DNA of 63,996 nt, the filler included, from Phoronis australis (Eukaryota; Animalia; Phoronida), in NCBI GenBank assembly GCA_002633005.1. It is 10 parts of 10 records of this genome, joined end to end, with 100 filler letters (N's around TTAATTAATTAA, not from the genome) between each part and the next. Parts side by side here need not be neighbours in the genome. Positions count along the whole stretch, not along the records: positions 50,746 to 57,978 come from NMRA01001252.1; positions 58,079 to 60,473 come from NMRA01003694.1; positions 60,574 to 62,644 come from NMRA01003861.1; positions 62,745 to 63,996 come from NMRA01002817.1; 6 more parts are not named here. One strand, 5' to 3'. Below are positions 50,646 to 63,014 of this stretch, piece by piece (positions within the stretch are counted from its first letter, which is position 1; the number at the start of each line of letters is the position of its first letter). A program made the translations under genes and the position numbers. The notes under the pieces are model-generated. The model searched no databases and was not told the origin of the DNA. It saw nothing but the letters and a program-made list of their open reading frames with translations.

Positions 50646-53600
50646 NNNNNNNNNNNNNNNNNNNNNNNNNNNNNNNNNNNNNNNNNNNNTTAATTAATTA
50701 ANNNNNNNNNNNNNNNNNNNNNNNNNNNNNNNNNNNNNNNNNNNNCTCTCAAACTGCCCATGTGGTTCCAGTATCCGAAAATACTTACTACATAAAATCT
50801 TATTTTCGACACCCTTTCTTTATATTCTTTTCGCCTTTCTTGCCAAAAGCGATTTTTTAACAGTATTTGACCCTTCTCTGTGAGCGTATAATTACCGGCT
50901 GTCATCGGTTATTTCCGTACCCACATTTCCGTCTCATCAGTTCAGGAACTTGTCTTGAATGCCGCCATTTTTTCCTTGTAACTGAATGTGGTATGGCTTG
51001 CTCGAAAAGTCTTCATTATTTTGTTTTATTAGTAATATCTCGTGATTCGTCTGCATATGTAGTGTATTTATAGTTTGTAGTTAGTGGTCGTTGAATTTTT
51101 TTGAAATGTTACGCGTACTTAGTATGTTAAAATAGCATTGGTGTTTAGTTCCTTACGTTGGCCGGTCGAACCTAGGAACCAATATGGGTCGAACCAATTT
51201 TTTTCGGTTTTATTTTTTTTCTCGTTTTGAAAAAGTACTTTGCTATCATCAGAAAGGTAGTACATTCTACTCAGTAAAAATCTAAAAAGTATCAAAATCG
51301 GGGCAAACAGTGTAAAGTTATTGCAAGTTTTGTGGCGAAATTTGGGTCACTTTGTTTGGATCGCGTCGGCCATATTGGAGGACAGCGGGATAAGTTACGA
51401 GTTTAAAAGTTTGTGTAAATTGTTTTCGCCAACAAATTACGATGAAATTTAGTAAGACATATCTCTACTTACTATTCTGCACGATTCTACAGTGTTCACC
51501 AAATTTCAGCCTCGCAGTTGTTACTCATTAAGTGATAAATGTGCTCACAATTCCCGTTGGACTTCGTCTCATTTCTGGCGGCACCGACAACATGGCGACT
51601 TTTGCTGAACTGAAAGGCATGTTCAATCGGCTACTTTGTAATTTGTGAAGATTTACCGTTGATACATTTTGACAAACGTTGCTACAAAAAAGAAACTTTG
51701 TTCAATTTTCGTGTTTTTTGTGCCAAAATATAAGATATATTCGAATTATTTTACTGTAAATTTCCCATTCAGGTGATGTTACACTAAGCTAAAAAATAGT
51801 TGAAACAAGTAATAATTTTGAAATGGATTTTTGTTGGACTGTCAACTGCTGTTCAAGACTTGATTCGGTGTCACAAAATGATTCACATTTTTCTAAATTT
51901 TAAGTCTCAATTGCTTTCAAGTCATGTTTTGTAACTTATTGCTTCTTAATTCAGGTTATCAAGTCAGCAATATGAATAATCTTAATTTGAGAAATAAGCT
52001 ATGTTGGATTGTGAAGCTTCAAGCCTCTAATTCTTGTTCCTTGCAACTTCATATTTTTTAATGATGCTTGTCAAATTCTGGTGTAAGGAAACACTATTCC
52101 GTCACCATGGTAATAGTTACATGTATGTCCACTTTCATATCATGGAAACTGTTACTGTTGAATAGTGTTTGTAATGCTAAATGTTGTAAAGTATTGTGCA
52201 TTTTTAGTTACTTATTAAGTTAAAAGTTTGAATCATTTTGGGTTAATGAATAAAACATGATAACATGTTGTATTGGACTTGTCATACTTATGTGCTCGAA
52301 CGAGCCCCTTTTTGGAGAACTGGAAAAAGTTCTGCCTCAGTCACAGAAGCACGAATTCCGAAAAAAGCAGAAAATGAGACAATATTCCACGAGAAGACAG
52401 GAAGTACCAAAATTTAGAGTCTGCAATTCATAGCTCTGAACATACCCACTGAATCTTATAGTAAAGGATAGACATTCCCAAAAATTCCAGCCCCCCCCCC
52501 ATTCGTTTAGACTTGGTGCGCTCATACAAAGTCTGGGAAAATCTCTATTGAAAGCCAACAACATTGCACAGTTTGCCAGAAGCCAAGTTCTAAATAAACC
52601 TCGTTTGAGCGAGCGCTGACGTGGCCAGCGACCAGTTAGGCCTAAGGGTAGCCTTGGCGCAAAGCTGTATAGGCCTACTAACAAGCTGTATTTTGACGAT
52701 AGTCTTCACTGGTGCAGGTAGCTCGTGACTCAGCCTAACTAAGGTCTGTCGCGGCAGTGTGACACAGGACTAACCAGCCCGAAATTTCATGCAAGTGTCT
52801 GAAACTACCCTTGAATATATGCAGCATTTATGATTTGACCATTTTACTTTGGCAAAACAGCTTGCAACCGCATGCATTTGCTGTTCACCAGTGTCTGGTT
52901 TCGATCCGCACCGGGTCCGATAGGCTGCGGTCCCGAGTCTGGCAAAATAATTTCTGTCAAAATTTATTCGCCACATTTCTTCAGCAAATTCGATAAAATT
53001 TCCGTAGTTTGATTTTATTAAAATTGAGGCACGCTGTCGATTATTTTATCCCCGTTTGCTGGCTGGTAACAGTACAGGCACTGCTCCAGTCGCACTGAGG
53101 GCGTTTTCTCGGCCTGGGTTCCTGAATGAATTGTACTTCCGGGTTCGCGGCAAGTTCAAAATGGCGGTGTTTCTTCGGGTGCGAATCGTGAGTGGCGCGT
53201 TCATTTAAACTTTTTTCGAGTACAGATCTTGTATTAGTTATGGGGTAAGTACTTGTTCTTGGATCCTTATAACATCCTCTAACCATGTAATAAGGGTTAA
53301 CAACGCGTGAGAGAAGGACTTTAAACACATCGACAACCTCCTAAGATGTCCCTCTGTGCGCAAAAGGTATTTATAACAACGTGACTTTGATGGTTTAGTC
53401 GGGGAGAGGCATAATTCGCCGAAAAGCTTCCGGCGTACAGAGCGCCTATAGCCTCTGCATCGCCTCTGGTTCGGGCCAACAGAGGCGATGGTCATTGCCT
53501 AATTTGCGACCTGAAATTTGGAAATGCGAGCTGAGATTTTTGTCAGCTCGTATCAAGTCGCAAAATGCGACCTCAGGGGAATTTCCAACGAATGCGAGCT

Positions 53601-55514
53601 GAGTTTTTTCACTTCTCAACAAATACCTGGGAAATACAAAGCAGCTCTTCTTAATCCGACCGTTATTTGGTTGTTGCCAAATCCAAGTTCAAAAGAACAC
53701 TAACCGAGAACAGCCCTCCCGATGACTTGTAAGCAAGTCGCGTGAACATGGGATATGCAGAATCGATCTTTGACGTGTTTCATTGGCTAACACTTTCGGC
53801 CACTTTTGTAAATTCCCGGATTCGCCGAAAAAAGTTTCGGGCCACTGCTTAACACGTGATAAAACTTCACAAAACAACGGTGTTTCTACTAATTCTTAAG
53901 TGATCAACTTACCAAACTTTGTGGTGGACAACAGTGTTTATTTTTCACATAAGATGTCCTTATTACATGTACCAAATATCCACGACAATATCCCTGATAT
54001 GGCACAAGCGGTCAGGCAGACAATCATGACTTAGACTGAGATGTGCTTCTCCTTTTTATCGTATTAAGACAAACAAAGACAACCTTATTAATCGCCAAAA
54101 GACGGTCACGTCTTTACTTTCAGTTGCCAAGGAATTCTCAAACCCTTTACTTGTTTCTGGGGCTACGTGCGCGAAATGTGATTTGTCTTTCACACGTTGT
54201 TGCCAACGTAAAGTGTAGGCCTACTCCAGCGATTCAAGTGCGTGAACTCACGCGTGCGCACCACTTCAAAGAACAGCGAGTCCTAAATGAAAGAGTATAC
54301 CGGCTTGGCTCTGGTTTATTTGAAAATGAACCCAGCAGCGGTATAAAAGACCCGATGTCCCGGGACCGATATAACCCAGAATTGACGTTTTCCTGTTTCG
54401 ATGTTCTGTAAACCCTGTATTCTATGCCCGTAGCCAGCTATTGCAACTAAACTGGCACTAGATGCGAAATTGTGGTTCAAGTTAGCGAACTTTTCATTCT
54501 TCTCTTTATACACCCCCCCCCCCGGCAACTTTTCGCTCCCCGAACCACCGTTGCCGTAAAATGTTCAGACTCCTATACATGTAGAAACAACCTTGTTCCG
54601 GCTGAAGCGAGCAGTTAAAAACAAAATCATTCCGGGTGGCTAAAAAGGGTTCAATGTAGGTGGTAACGATATCCAGAAAGTCACCCCTACTATATGAAAT
54701 TTGCCTCGCAAAATCGTATTATTATAACGTTTCTTACCATTGCAGCGTTTTAATATCTTATTACCGCAAGAGTCAACACTGAGGTTAACGACTATGCTCA
54801 CGCACAAGCCTACTCCCTACATTTAAAGTGTTTCATAATAAGCGCTCACTGATCTATTAAAAGTCCCTCCTTAAATTTTGAGAATTTCCAATTAAGCGCC
54901 CACAGTTCAAGCTAGCGCCCATCATAGCGCACAACAAACGACCGCGTGTGGTTTATAATTGACACGCAGCTTATATGGAGTGTCACTTTCATTTTACACA
55001 ACTTCAGTTTTCAAAAACGTCTTTTCACGATATGTAAAAACCAAATCCCGGCTTTATTTTATACCTAGGAAAGAAAGTTAACACCAGTGACATGCGTGTC
55101 GTTTTGTGACTGACCTATGTTTCCCGTACATGGAAGGTATTGAGGAGCAAACTCGCCATCGCCCGAGTTAGTTTGAATCGTGAACGACTTTGATGACACC
55201 TAGTAGCAGGCCAGATCTAACAAAATCTCGGATACTTTTTCAACGGGCATTTTCTCCCTTTTCACATCGCAAATTTAGCTACTCGAATGCGCAAGTCAGT
55301 TAGAGATCACTGATTCAACTTTCACGTCGGCAACTTGTCTTGCGCTCTAGAGTGTTTGAATGGCGGTCGTGAAGAACAGTAAGGCCGTACCTGCATGAAT
55401 GAAGTCTATTTTGAGATCCGAAATTTGTGAGCATTTAACGCTGCAGATAAGAGCATAATCTAAACATTTTCTCGATGATCTAAAAAATCTATTTTGGCGC
55501 GTACGAAAATGGCG

Positions 55515-55629
55515 GGAAAATTTTGCGACCTGGCATTTACGAATGCGAGCTGGATTTTGAAAATGCAACCTGGGATTTTGGCTAGGGTCGCAAAATGCGA
55601 CCTGGTGATTTTAATAGCGTCGAGGCCTG
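55515..55629. mobile_element. hAT-like terminus with (t)gcgacct/gcgagct subterminal repeats (similar cluster at 53500-53603)
   Basis: Ends ...gcgtcgaggcctg. No matching left end was found. Confidence 0.4.
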
Positions 55630-58627
55630 AGAAGTATGCTTCAAGAAATAACAAAAAGTTTTGAATCGCCTTGTCTACGGCGCCAAATTGGGCAAGATAT
55701 CAATACTGTATATAGTGATTGAAAATAATAATTGCATATTACACGTGCAAGATATTCTGGCTTTGTTGATTATCGAGTCTCTTTCTAATTGTTCACCGAA
55801 ATGGTGTTGAAAAGGCAGGAATAAAGAAGACAGAAGAGGACAAAATTAATGAGAGCTTGATCGATATTGATAAAACAGCTTTCAGTTGTTGTAGCAAACT
55901 CATTGGGTTTATTAATTTTAATGTAGAGAAAATACAACCAAAGATCGTGACTTAGATTCCCGACAGGCAAATTCAACTTTGTCAAACTCCGCCATCCGCA
56001 AGTTGCCAACGTTACCGCCCTTTCCGTGGCGACAGATTTGAAGTTTCCCTCTTTCGTCACCGCTTTTGCACAGTTGTCGCCGCCAATTTTGCCCTCCCAT
56101 TTGTCTGGCTGTTGCACGCCTGTATTTGGGGATCGTCAGATATGCAATTTCTTAAATAATAAACTCCATCAAAACTCACTGAATCATCCATTTTTACAAA
56201 TTTCGCTTGTAATTGGCAAAAATCAGCTTTGAATGGGAAGTTTCGAGTCTGACAAGCAGCATCCAGACAGGAACAGCATAGGAGAGAGAATATCCCTGTT
56301 ACGGTAATATAAACAAAAAGAACCACTTTTCTGTAATCCTGGTCTAAATTAATATCTACATGTGTATTTACATATTTACAAACATGCAAACCAAGTTTCG
56401 CGAAACTTGGGACGAAGACAGGGTCGAACGTCAGCACCAACAGTCCAAAACTTGAAACTTGCGGCATCTTCAGTCTTCATTACCAAGGCAAGGCGTCCCC
56501 ACTTGTTCCGTTGACTCCCCAAGTCCACCAAAATAATAGTCAAGTTCCATACACAAAACGCAGCTGTCCGCACCGAAGCAAAGTCTCACCACATGAACAA
56601 ATAACGTTCAGTATTTCGAAAAGTAGGAAGAAAACATAAAGTCCAGCCTCAGTGTTCAGATAAAGCATGACACACGTCTGCTCACCATCAGCGACCAAAT
56701 AGAACTCCGATAAAACTCAAAAGTGCCCCCTAGCGGGAATACCTAACATACAATTCCACAAGGGGGTTGGGGACATATCTAGAAATTTTCAGAATGCACC
56801 CGTCTTAACGCCACTTCTGGCTTATTTCAATTTAGGAGTGCATATCGCCCTTCGAAAGATTAGAGAAATCTCAGTGTATTATAGTCCACATTTCGTGTTC
56901 TCTAAAATTAGTACCCTTACTGTACTTTTAGAAATTACAATGGGAACTTTGAGTGTATCAAGCTCTCCTGAGTCTCTTTGAAATGGACTTACATGTATAT
57001 CCATAAGAACGAAACTGTTTTTAAATGGTACTGCTGAAATGTTTCAAAATCTGGGATTCGAGGACACTCAAGATTTAAATAAAACACTGCTAATTGAAAA
57101 ATAAATTATTTTTAATCTCGATTTATCCCTCTGTTTCGCTGTGTCTTGTTTTTATATCTTCCCGTAATTTGGCTGTCACCAGGAAAAAGTTTTGGATTTT
57201 GCACAGACACCTTCAAATCATGAGAGGTAGGGATCTTTCCACATGTCTGATACAGAGGCAGTGAATTAAATAGCTCTGCAAATGGGCCAATCCTAACAGC
57301 TTACCTTTCGTCTTCCTCATGTCATTTTCTTCGAGTGTAATCGACAGTCCAATCTGGTCTTCTAATGGCCATCCAGTGCTGTGTTCTGGAGAATCACCTA
57401 CTGAACATGGCTCGACGGCAAACTGCACTTCTGTTGTTCCCACCAAAATGTCGTCACAGATTCCATCGACTGTCGCAGAGAATGTTCATCGTTAGCACTT
57501 TCAATGAATTGTTTCATCATACCACACGAATTAGAGGAAAGGTTTCGGAAATATCTTGCACTTAATGTAATTTTTCACGCAAATGTCACGTCTCGTGCCA
57601 ATTGACCTATCGCCAGGATTTTGACTGACGGCTAAACTGACTAATCAGAACGTAGCATTTTTGACACACCTTCGTCTGCGTTTCCAATCTTCTATTTTAT
57701 TCGACAAATAACACGTTGTGGGATAAAGTTTATTTTAGTCTATGGCTCAGCAAATTGTGTAATACGAATGGTGAAACGGTGTTGCTATGTAATTCCGACA
57801 GCCGTTATGCAGCTCAAGAAGAATATCCCATCATTTTTGGGCATTCCACAGTGGCGGATCTAGGATATCACAAGGGGGGGGGCCCAACATTTTGTCCGGC
57901 TGTAAACATTTGCGCAAACTGAACCACGATTGTAGATGCGCATAGCACCAAATGGGGGGAGGTCGGGAGGGGGGTTTGNNNNNNNNNNNNNNNNNNNNNN
58001 NNNNNNNNNNNNNNNNNNNNNNTTAATTAATTAANNNNNNNNNNNNNNNNNNNNNNNNNNNNNNNNNNNNNNNNNNNNTGTAAAAAAGTTGGCTCGTCAT
58101 AGTCAGCTTTGCGTCATATAAATATAATCTTCTTCATATGTGTCACCTTATTTGAATGCGCTTCATGCATGATGTTGACCTCTAGCTATGTTCAGCCGCT
58201 TCTAAAATGTCTTATCTAGAGTGGCCAGATCTATAGTTGTTGTGTACGGGGAAAATGTACTTTGGCTATCGTACGCAGAGGTGGTTAGGCAAGAACAAGA
58301 GATGAGTCTTGACTAGTAAATTGAAGACTGCAAACATTACATGAGGAGAACAACTCTTAATGCGGAAAAACCGCTGCTAAAACTACTAATACTGCTCTTA
58401 AAACTGCTACTTGAAATACAAGTGAAAATGATATTTATGTAGAAACTAGAGAAACACGAATTAACCAATCAAATAAGATCACCAAATAAAGGATGCACTA
58501 TGCTGACAAACAAACAGTTCTAGGAATAGGATATATTACTCATCCTCTACTCTAAGAAAGTGGTGATTAACAACACGAGAAGGTTTTAGGACGTTGTTTT
58601 TTGTGGAATTCACCGTATAATTTTTAC

Positions 58628-59960
58628 CTTTTGTTCATGCTCATGACTTCTATGGTCTCCTCTCGTTCTTCTTCGTCGATCTGCAATAAACGACACAATT
58701 TTTCAGTTACCTCTTTCTTGATTTTGTCTGAACATCATGTATTTCATGTTCTTTCTGGTTGATTCTATATAATGTTGTTTAGCTTTCTTTTGATTTTGAT
58801 TGGACAATAATTAAGCTCTTTTTGTCGTATTAAGATTTCTTTCGTTTTGTACATTTACATATTTTGGAATATCTTACCAAAATAGTTGTTTCCGTCACTG
58901 AGTTGAGTGTTACTTTGGAGCCATAGACGTCTACCTCAAGTGCGTGAAAGCGCACTTGGTCAGCTTCCTTGATGTCAGTAGCAATTGCATGATTTCCTCA
59001 TAGCTTGATCTCTGTACAGTTATCAAGTGTGACAGTTTTTCTTTTGTAATGCGGTTCTTCTTTTAGATCAGAAACTTGTGAAACAGTTCCTGCGAATGAG
59101 CATCTTCGTTTTTTGGAGACGTTTTCAATTCTTCTAACGTTATGTATGGCGGTTTAAGGAATTCCTTAACTATGTTTTCATTTATCTCAAACGACGCCAC
59201 GTTTCCGAAAATCTGAAAAATAGAGCAGTTTAAAATAGAGATCAATTTTTTTAAAACGTGTTGTTAAAAATAGGTGAGTTAATACTAAATCAAGTTTAGC
59301 TGTCTGAAGTGAAAGTATATGATGACTGATACGTAATTGCTTCTAAAGCGAAACCTTTCGTAGTCGCTTAAAATACTCAAAAGGCTATGGGTCACCTTAC
59401 AGCCACCAATGCCACGTGTATCGCGATATTATGAATGTGTCATAATTTACGTTCACATCTCTTTGCAAAACCTCTGTCATATAGATTATGCAGTCTACAA
59501 TAATGATTGGTTACAGCTATCTTACTTTAGATGGAGGACATTTTCAGTCGCACTGCTAGTTGTCCTAAAAGGTTGACAATACTTAAGTATTTCAAATGTT
59601 TTATCACTAAGTTTATGAACTACACTAAATGCAAATACTTAAATCTTCACAATGATGCTCTATTATTCTTAGTTTTCATTAGTCTACAGCCATTAATTCC
59701 GCGTATAGTACTATAATGTACGACATTAAATTAACTGCACTTACCTGATATTCCTTTTTGTGGACCCTGATCGCAGTGTCGGTTTCATATGTGGTGGTTA
59801 GAAGCACAAATGAGTCTTTCTTTAATTCTTCATGAATTTGTGGAAGGAACAGAGTTTTAATGATGTTTGCTTTAGTCATTATAGGCACTGTCTGACTGAT
59901 CGCTTCTTGAGCATTTCTTCGTATTTCTGGCTGTCTTATAACATAGTACGGTATGTACAT
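58628..59960 (-). pseudogene. Spliced tandem OB-fold (HIN-200/RPA-like) gene with one frameshift and one nonsense codon
   Basis: Exons 59745-59960, 58878-59212 and 58628-58680 with canonical GT/AG. Repaired exon 2 reads ...PPYITLEELKTSPKKRRCSFAGTVSQVSDLKEEPHYKRKTVTLDNCTEIKL*GNHAIATDIKEADQVRFHALEVDVYGSKVTLNSVTETTIL. Confidence 0.6.
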
Positions 59961-60129
59961 GTATCCATCTTCGTGTTTGTGATTGCAATAATTGTCTGAA
60001 TGTGATTAAGATCAAACGTGCTTTTTATATCGTGCTATCTGGCAGTATGGTTTTCATTGGCCAGTAATGTGCTGACGTTCTTCATGGCTTTCAAACCATT
60101 TCAGCGGAAAGCGGGGGCCTGTTTTGGCA

Positions 60130-60473
60130 ATCCTCTCTCATCTATTGCCTCCTTAACTCCTTACCTGAATCCGTTTTCTTCCCTAACCAGAATTGTAACA
60201 TCCTCCATGGAGAATGAATGGTCCGACCAGCCATGTGAGTGAATACTGCCGAATCATAATCTCCCTTGCCGGGTCTGAGATATTGACTGACCCGACTTTT
60301 CAGGGTGTGTTTGGGTTCACCAATATCTGTTTCCTCACATCCTGGATCCGAGCACGATATACCATACGCAACATTGGCTATTTTCTCTTTCGGGTCTTAT
60401 CCTTGACATTCATTAACTGGCTTCTTATTGTGTTCATGGGTTTAAATGAAACGGAGTACTGTCGATCACATGA
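60130..60473 (-). mobile_element. Penelope-like retroelement, decayed GIY-YIG endonuclease region
   Basis: Translates as VSFKPMNTIRSQLMNVKDK, then NVAYGISCSDPGCEETDIGEPKHTLKSRV...SAVFTH, then HSFSMEDVTILVREENGFR*GVKEAI. Confidence 0.85.
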
Positions 60474-60573
60474 NNNNNNNNNNNNNNNNNNNNNNNNNNN
60501 NNNNNNNNNNNNNNNNNTTAATTAATTAANNNNNNNNNNNNNNNNNNNNNNNNNNNNNNNNNNNNNNNNNNNN

Positions 60574-60714
60574 GTTACTTAGTCATACATTAAGATACTC
60601 AGATGTTGGTCTAGTTACTTAGTCATATATTAAGATACTCAGATGTTGGTCTAGTTACTTAGTCATACATAAAGATACTCAGATGTTGGTTCAGTTACTT
60701 AGTCATACATTAAG
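60574..60714. repeat. 40-bp minisatellite, about 3.5 copies
   Basis: Unit GTTACTTAGTCATACATTAAGATACTCAGATGTTGGTCTA. Confidence 0.9.
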
Positions 60715-61394
60715 CAGAAGCTACTGCAGTCAACGTTTTAAAAAAATATTGATTTTTGGGTTCGAATAATGGCATCTGACAGCATTCACTGGTATGCACG
60801 CAAATTTCTCTTGCCAGACCCATCAAATTCCCAAACATGAACAAAAAGTCCCCTTGCAATTAAAACCAGTTTGAACTCATCAGACACTTAGCACTAAAAA
60901 GTTCCATGACTACCAAAGTTCACAAGGTCATGACTTGTACTCTCATTGTGAAATACGATCAACTAATTGCAAGTGAAGGGCTGATTACATAGAACTGAGC
61001 CTGCTGGGAATTTGAAAAGTGGTCTAAGCAATGCTTTGAAACCAGTACAAAGACATTGTGATGTAGGGTGGTTCTCTTCCCTGAAAAATTCCGCTATCAG
61101 AAGGCACAGGCACCTTTCTGCTAAGATAATTGAGGGCTTTGAAAAAAGGTTCCATGAAAACATTTTTTAACTGAAACGGTGTCTACAATTTCAAAAATTG
61201 TGTGAAAAACGTGAAACATTCAATATATCTTATAAAAATGATTCCATAAATTCAAACATCATAAACTAAAATTCTTAATGAGAAAAATCTTTCCTACTTT
61301 GAGATTACCATCACTGCAGACCACTCCTAATCCTGTATTTTACTGAAACCAAAATAAATGCCACAGGCACTGCTAATTGAGCTGTCACGCCAAC

Positions 61395-61778
61395 TCGCCA
61401 TTACCCCCTATGCACTAGTCATCAACCCCTATGCACTAGTCATCAACCCCTATGCAATAGCCATCATCCCCTATGAACTAGCCATTACCCCCTATGCACT
61501 AGCCATCACCCCTTATGCACTAGCCATCACCCCCATACACTAGCCATCACCCCCTATGCACTAGCCACCACCCCCTATACACTAGCCATCNNNNNNNNNC
61601 CCCATGCACTAGCCATCACCCCCCATACACTAGCCATCACCATGCACTAGCCATCACCCCCAATACACTAGCCATCACCCATATGTACTAGCAATCACCC
61701 CCCATGCACTAGCAATCACCCCCCATGCACTATCCATCACCCCGTATGCACTAGCCATCACCCTCTGTGCACTAGCCA
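61395..61778. repeat. Intronic minisatellite of about 21 bp (GCACTAGCCATCACCCCCTAT)
   Basis: Read directly; includes a 9-N gap at 61591-61599. Confidence 0.9.
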
Positions 61779-61819
61779 CAAAAATGATTATCAAAGGTGT
61801 GTTGCATCAAGAGACTTAC

Positions 61820-61951
61820 CTTCTCAATAATGACAGATTTTTTGAGAATCTTAATGGCATGCAGCTGGCTAGTTGCCTTCTCCCTGCACAGTATCACTTT
61901 GCCAAATGTTCCCTTTCCCAGCACTTTAAGGAACTCAAAATCATCCAAGCT
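61820..61951 (-). CDS. AKT: Akt/PKB serine/threonine kinase exon (subdomains I-II)
   Basis: 132 nt, phase 0/0, acceptor ttttgcag and donor gtaagt. Translates as [44 protein letters not shown]. Confidence 0.93.
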
Positions 61952-62075
61952 CTGCAAAAACAAGCCCACCGGGTGTTCACACAACTGCAACAAACTATAG
62001 CCAACAACTGAACTCACAGCATTGAAAAATGTAAAACCTACAAGAAACTGTTATATTTATGCTGAAATGTGCTAA

Positions 62076-62644
62076 GGGCTGTTCCAGTAAAATCTGCATG
62101 GGAGGGGGGGAAGGCACCTTTTTTCGCACCCACCACCCATATTTTTCATTTATTTCTTCAGCCTACCACCCGTAATTTTTTATAAGTTCGAAATGCAACC
62201 ACCCATAATTTTTTTTGTTCTTGTGGTTGACTGCACAGGCGCTTGAGTTTATCTGTTCCTCCATCACCACTAACGTTATTCATTACTAAGAAAACATATG
62301 TTTCTTATATATGGTTATTAGCCATCGAAAAATTCGAGCACCTGTGGTTAACTGGTGTTATGGGCATGCCGATGAGGAGATTGGAGGGAGTGAAAAAGTC
62401 GGAGCTTTTTGCAAGTTGCATTTTTGTTTCAGTTTTTGATTCTGTGCGGATTGTTTATAAAATTTACTAAAATTGCCCACCATCAAACATTTATGGCCCA
62501 ATGAAACAACAACGACCTGTAAATTTTTATTTTTTTGAAGTACGACCACCAGCCATTTTGAATTTAAATCAAACGCAACCACCCATAAATTTTTATTTCA
62601 GTTGCCTTCCCCCCCCTCCCACACAGATTTTGCTGGAACAGCCC
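62076..62644. mobile_element. PIF/Harbinger-like MITE in the Akt intron
   Basis: Terminal inverted repeats of about 40 bp, GGGCTGTTCCAGTAAAATCTG... and ...CAGATTTTGCTGGAACAGCCC, preceded by TAA. The right flank is lost at the scaffold end. Confidence 0.8.
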
Positions 62645-62813
62645 NNNNNNNNNNNNNNNNNNNNNNNNNNNNNNNNNNNNNNNNNNNNTTAATTAATTAA
62701 NNNNNNNNNNNNNNNNNNNNNNNNNNNNNNNNNNNNNNNNNNNNCAGGAGGTTTAAACCCCCCCTTGCTGAAAACGTAGATCCGTCACTGAGCAGCACAT
62801 AAACCAACATTAC

Positions 62814-63014
62814 CATTGTAGTAAGTTGCCTGGATGAATCACCACTGATCTCTACATTACTCAGAGACAGAGTCTCGCCACTACGAGACGAAGTGCGCAC
62901 AAACTTGTTCTTTCCTGTACTTTTATCGTTAGACTTAGCGTATAAGTTGGATATACTGCTGCAAAGCCCTTCAAATACTTCTGTAAGGTGACTCTCAGAT
63001 CGTGCATACGGAAC
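62814..63014 (-). CDS. CNPY2: Canopy homolog 2 (CNPY2/MSAP)-like internal exon
   Basis: 201 nt, phase 0/0, acceptor cttttccag and donor gtaatg. VPYARSESHLTEVFEGLC...KFVRTSSRSGE matches CNPY2 VPYARSEAHLTELLEEIC...YVRVVGRNGE. Confidence 0.85.

Noticed and set aside
57213-57446. Possible minus-strand exon with a GTAAGC donor near 57300
   Set aside because: There are upstream in-frame stops, no convincing acceptor or ATG, and no recognisable product.
61358-61543. Repetitive ORF (AITPYAL)n
   Set aside because: It is a translation of the intronic 21-bp minisatellite.
12287-63014. NOMO, GPCR, AKT and CNPY2 as a gene cluster
   Set aside because: Each lies on a different scaffold separated by linkers, so adjacency is artificial.
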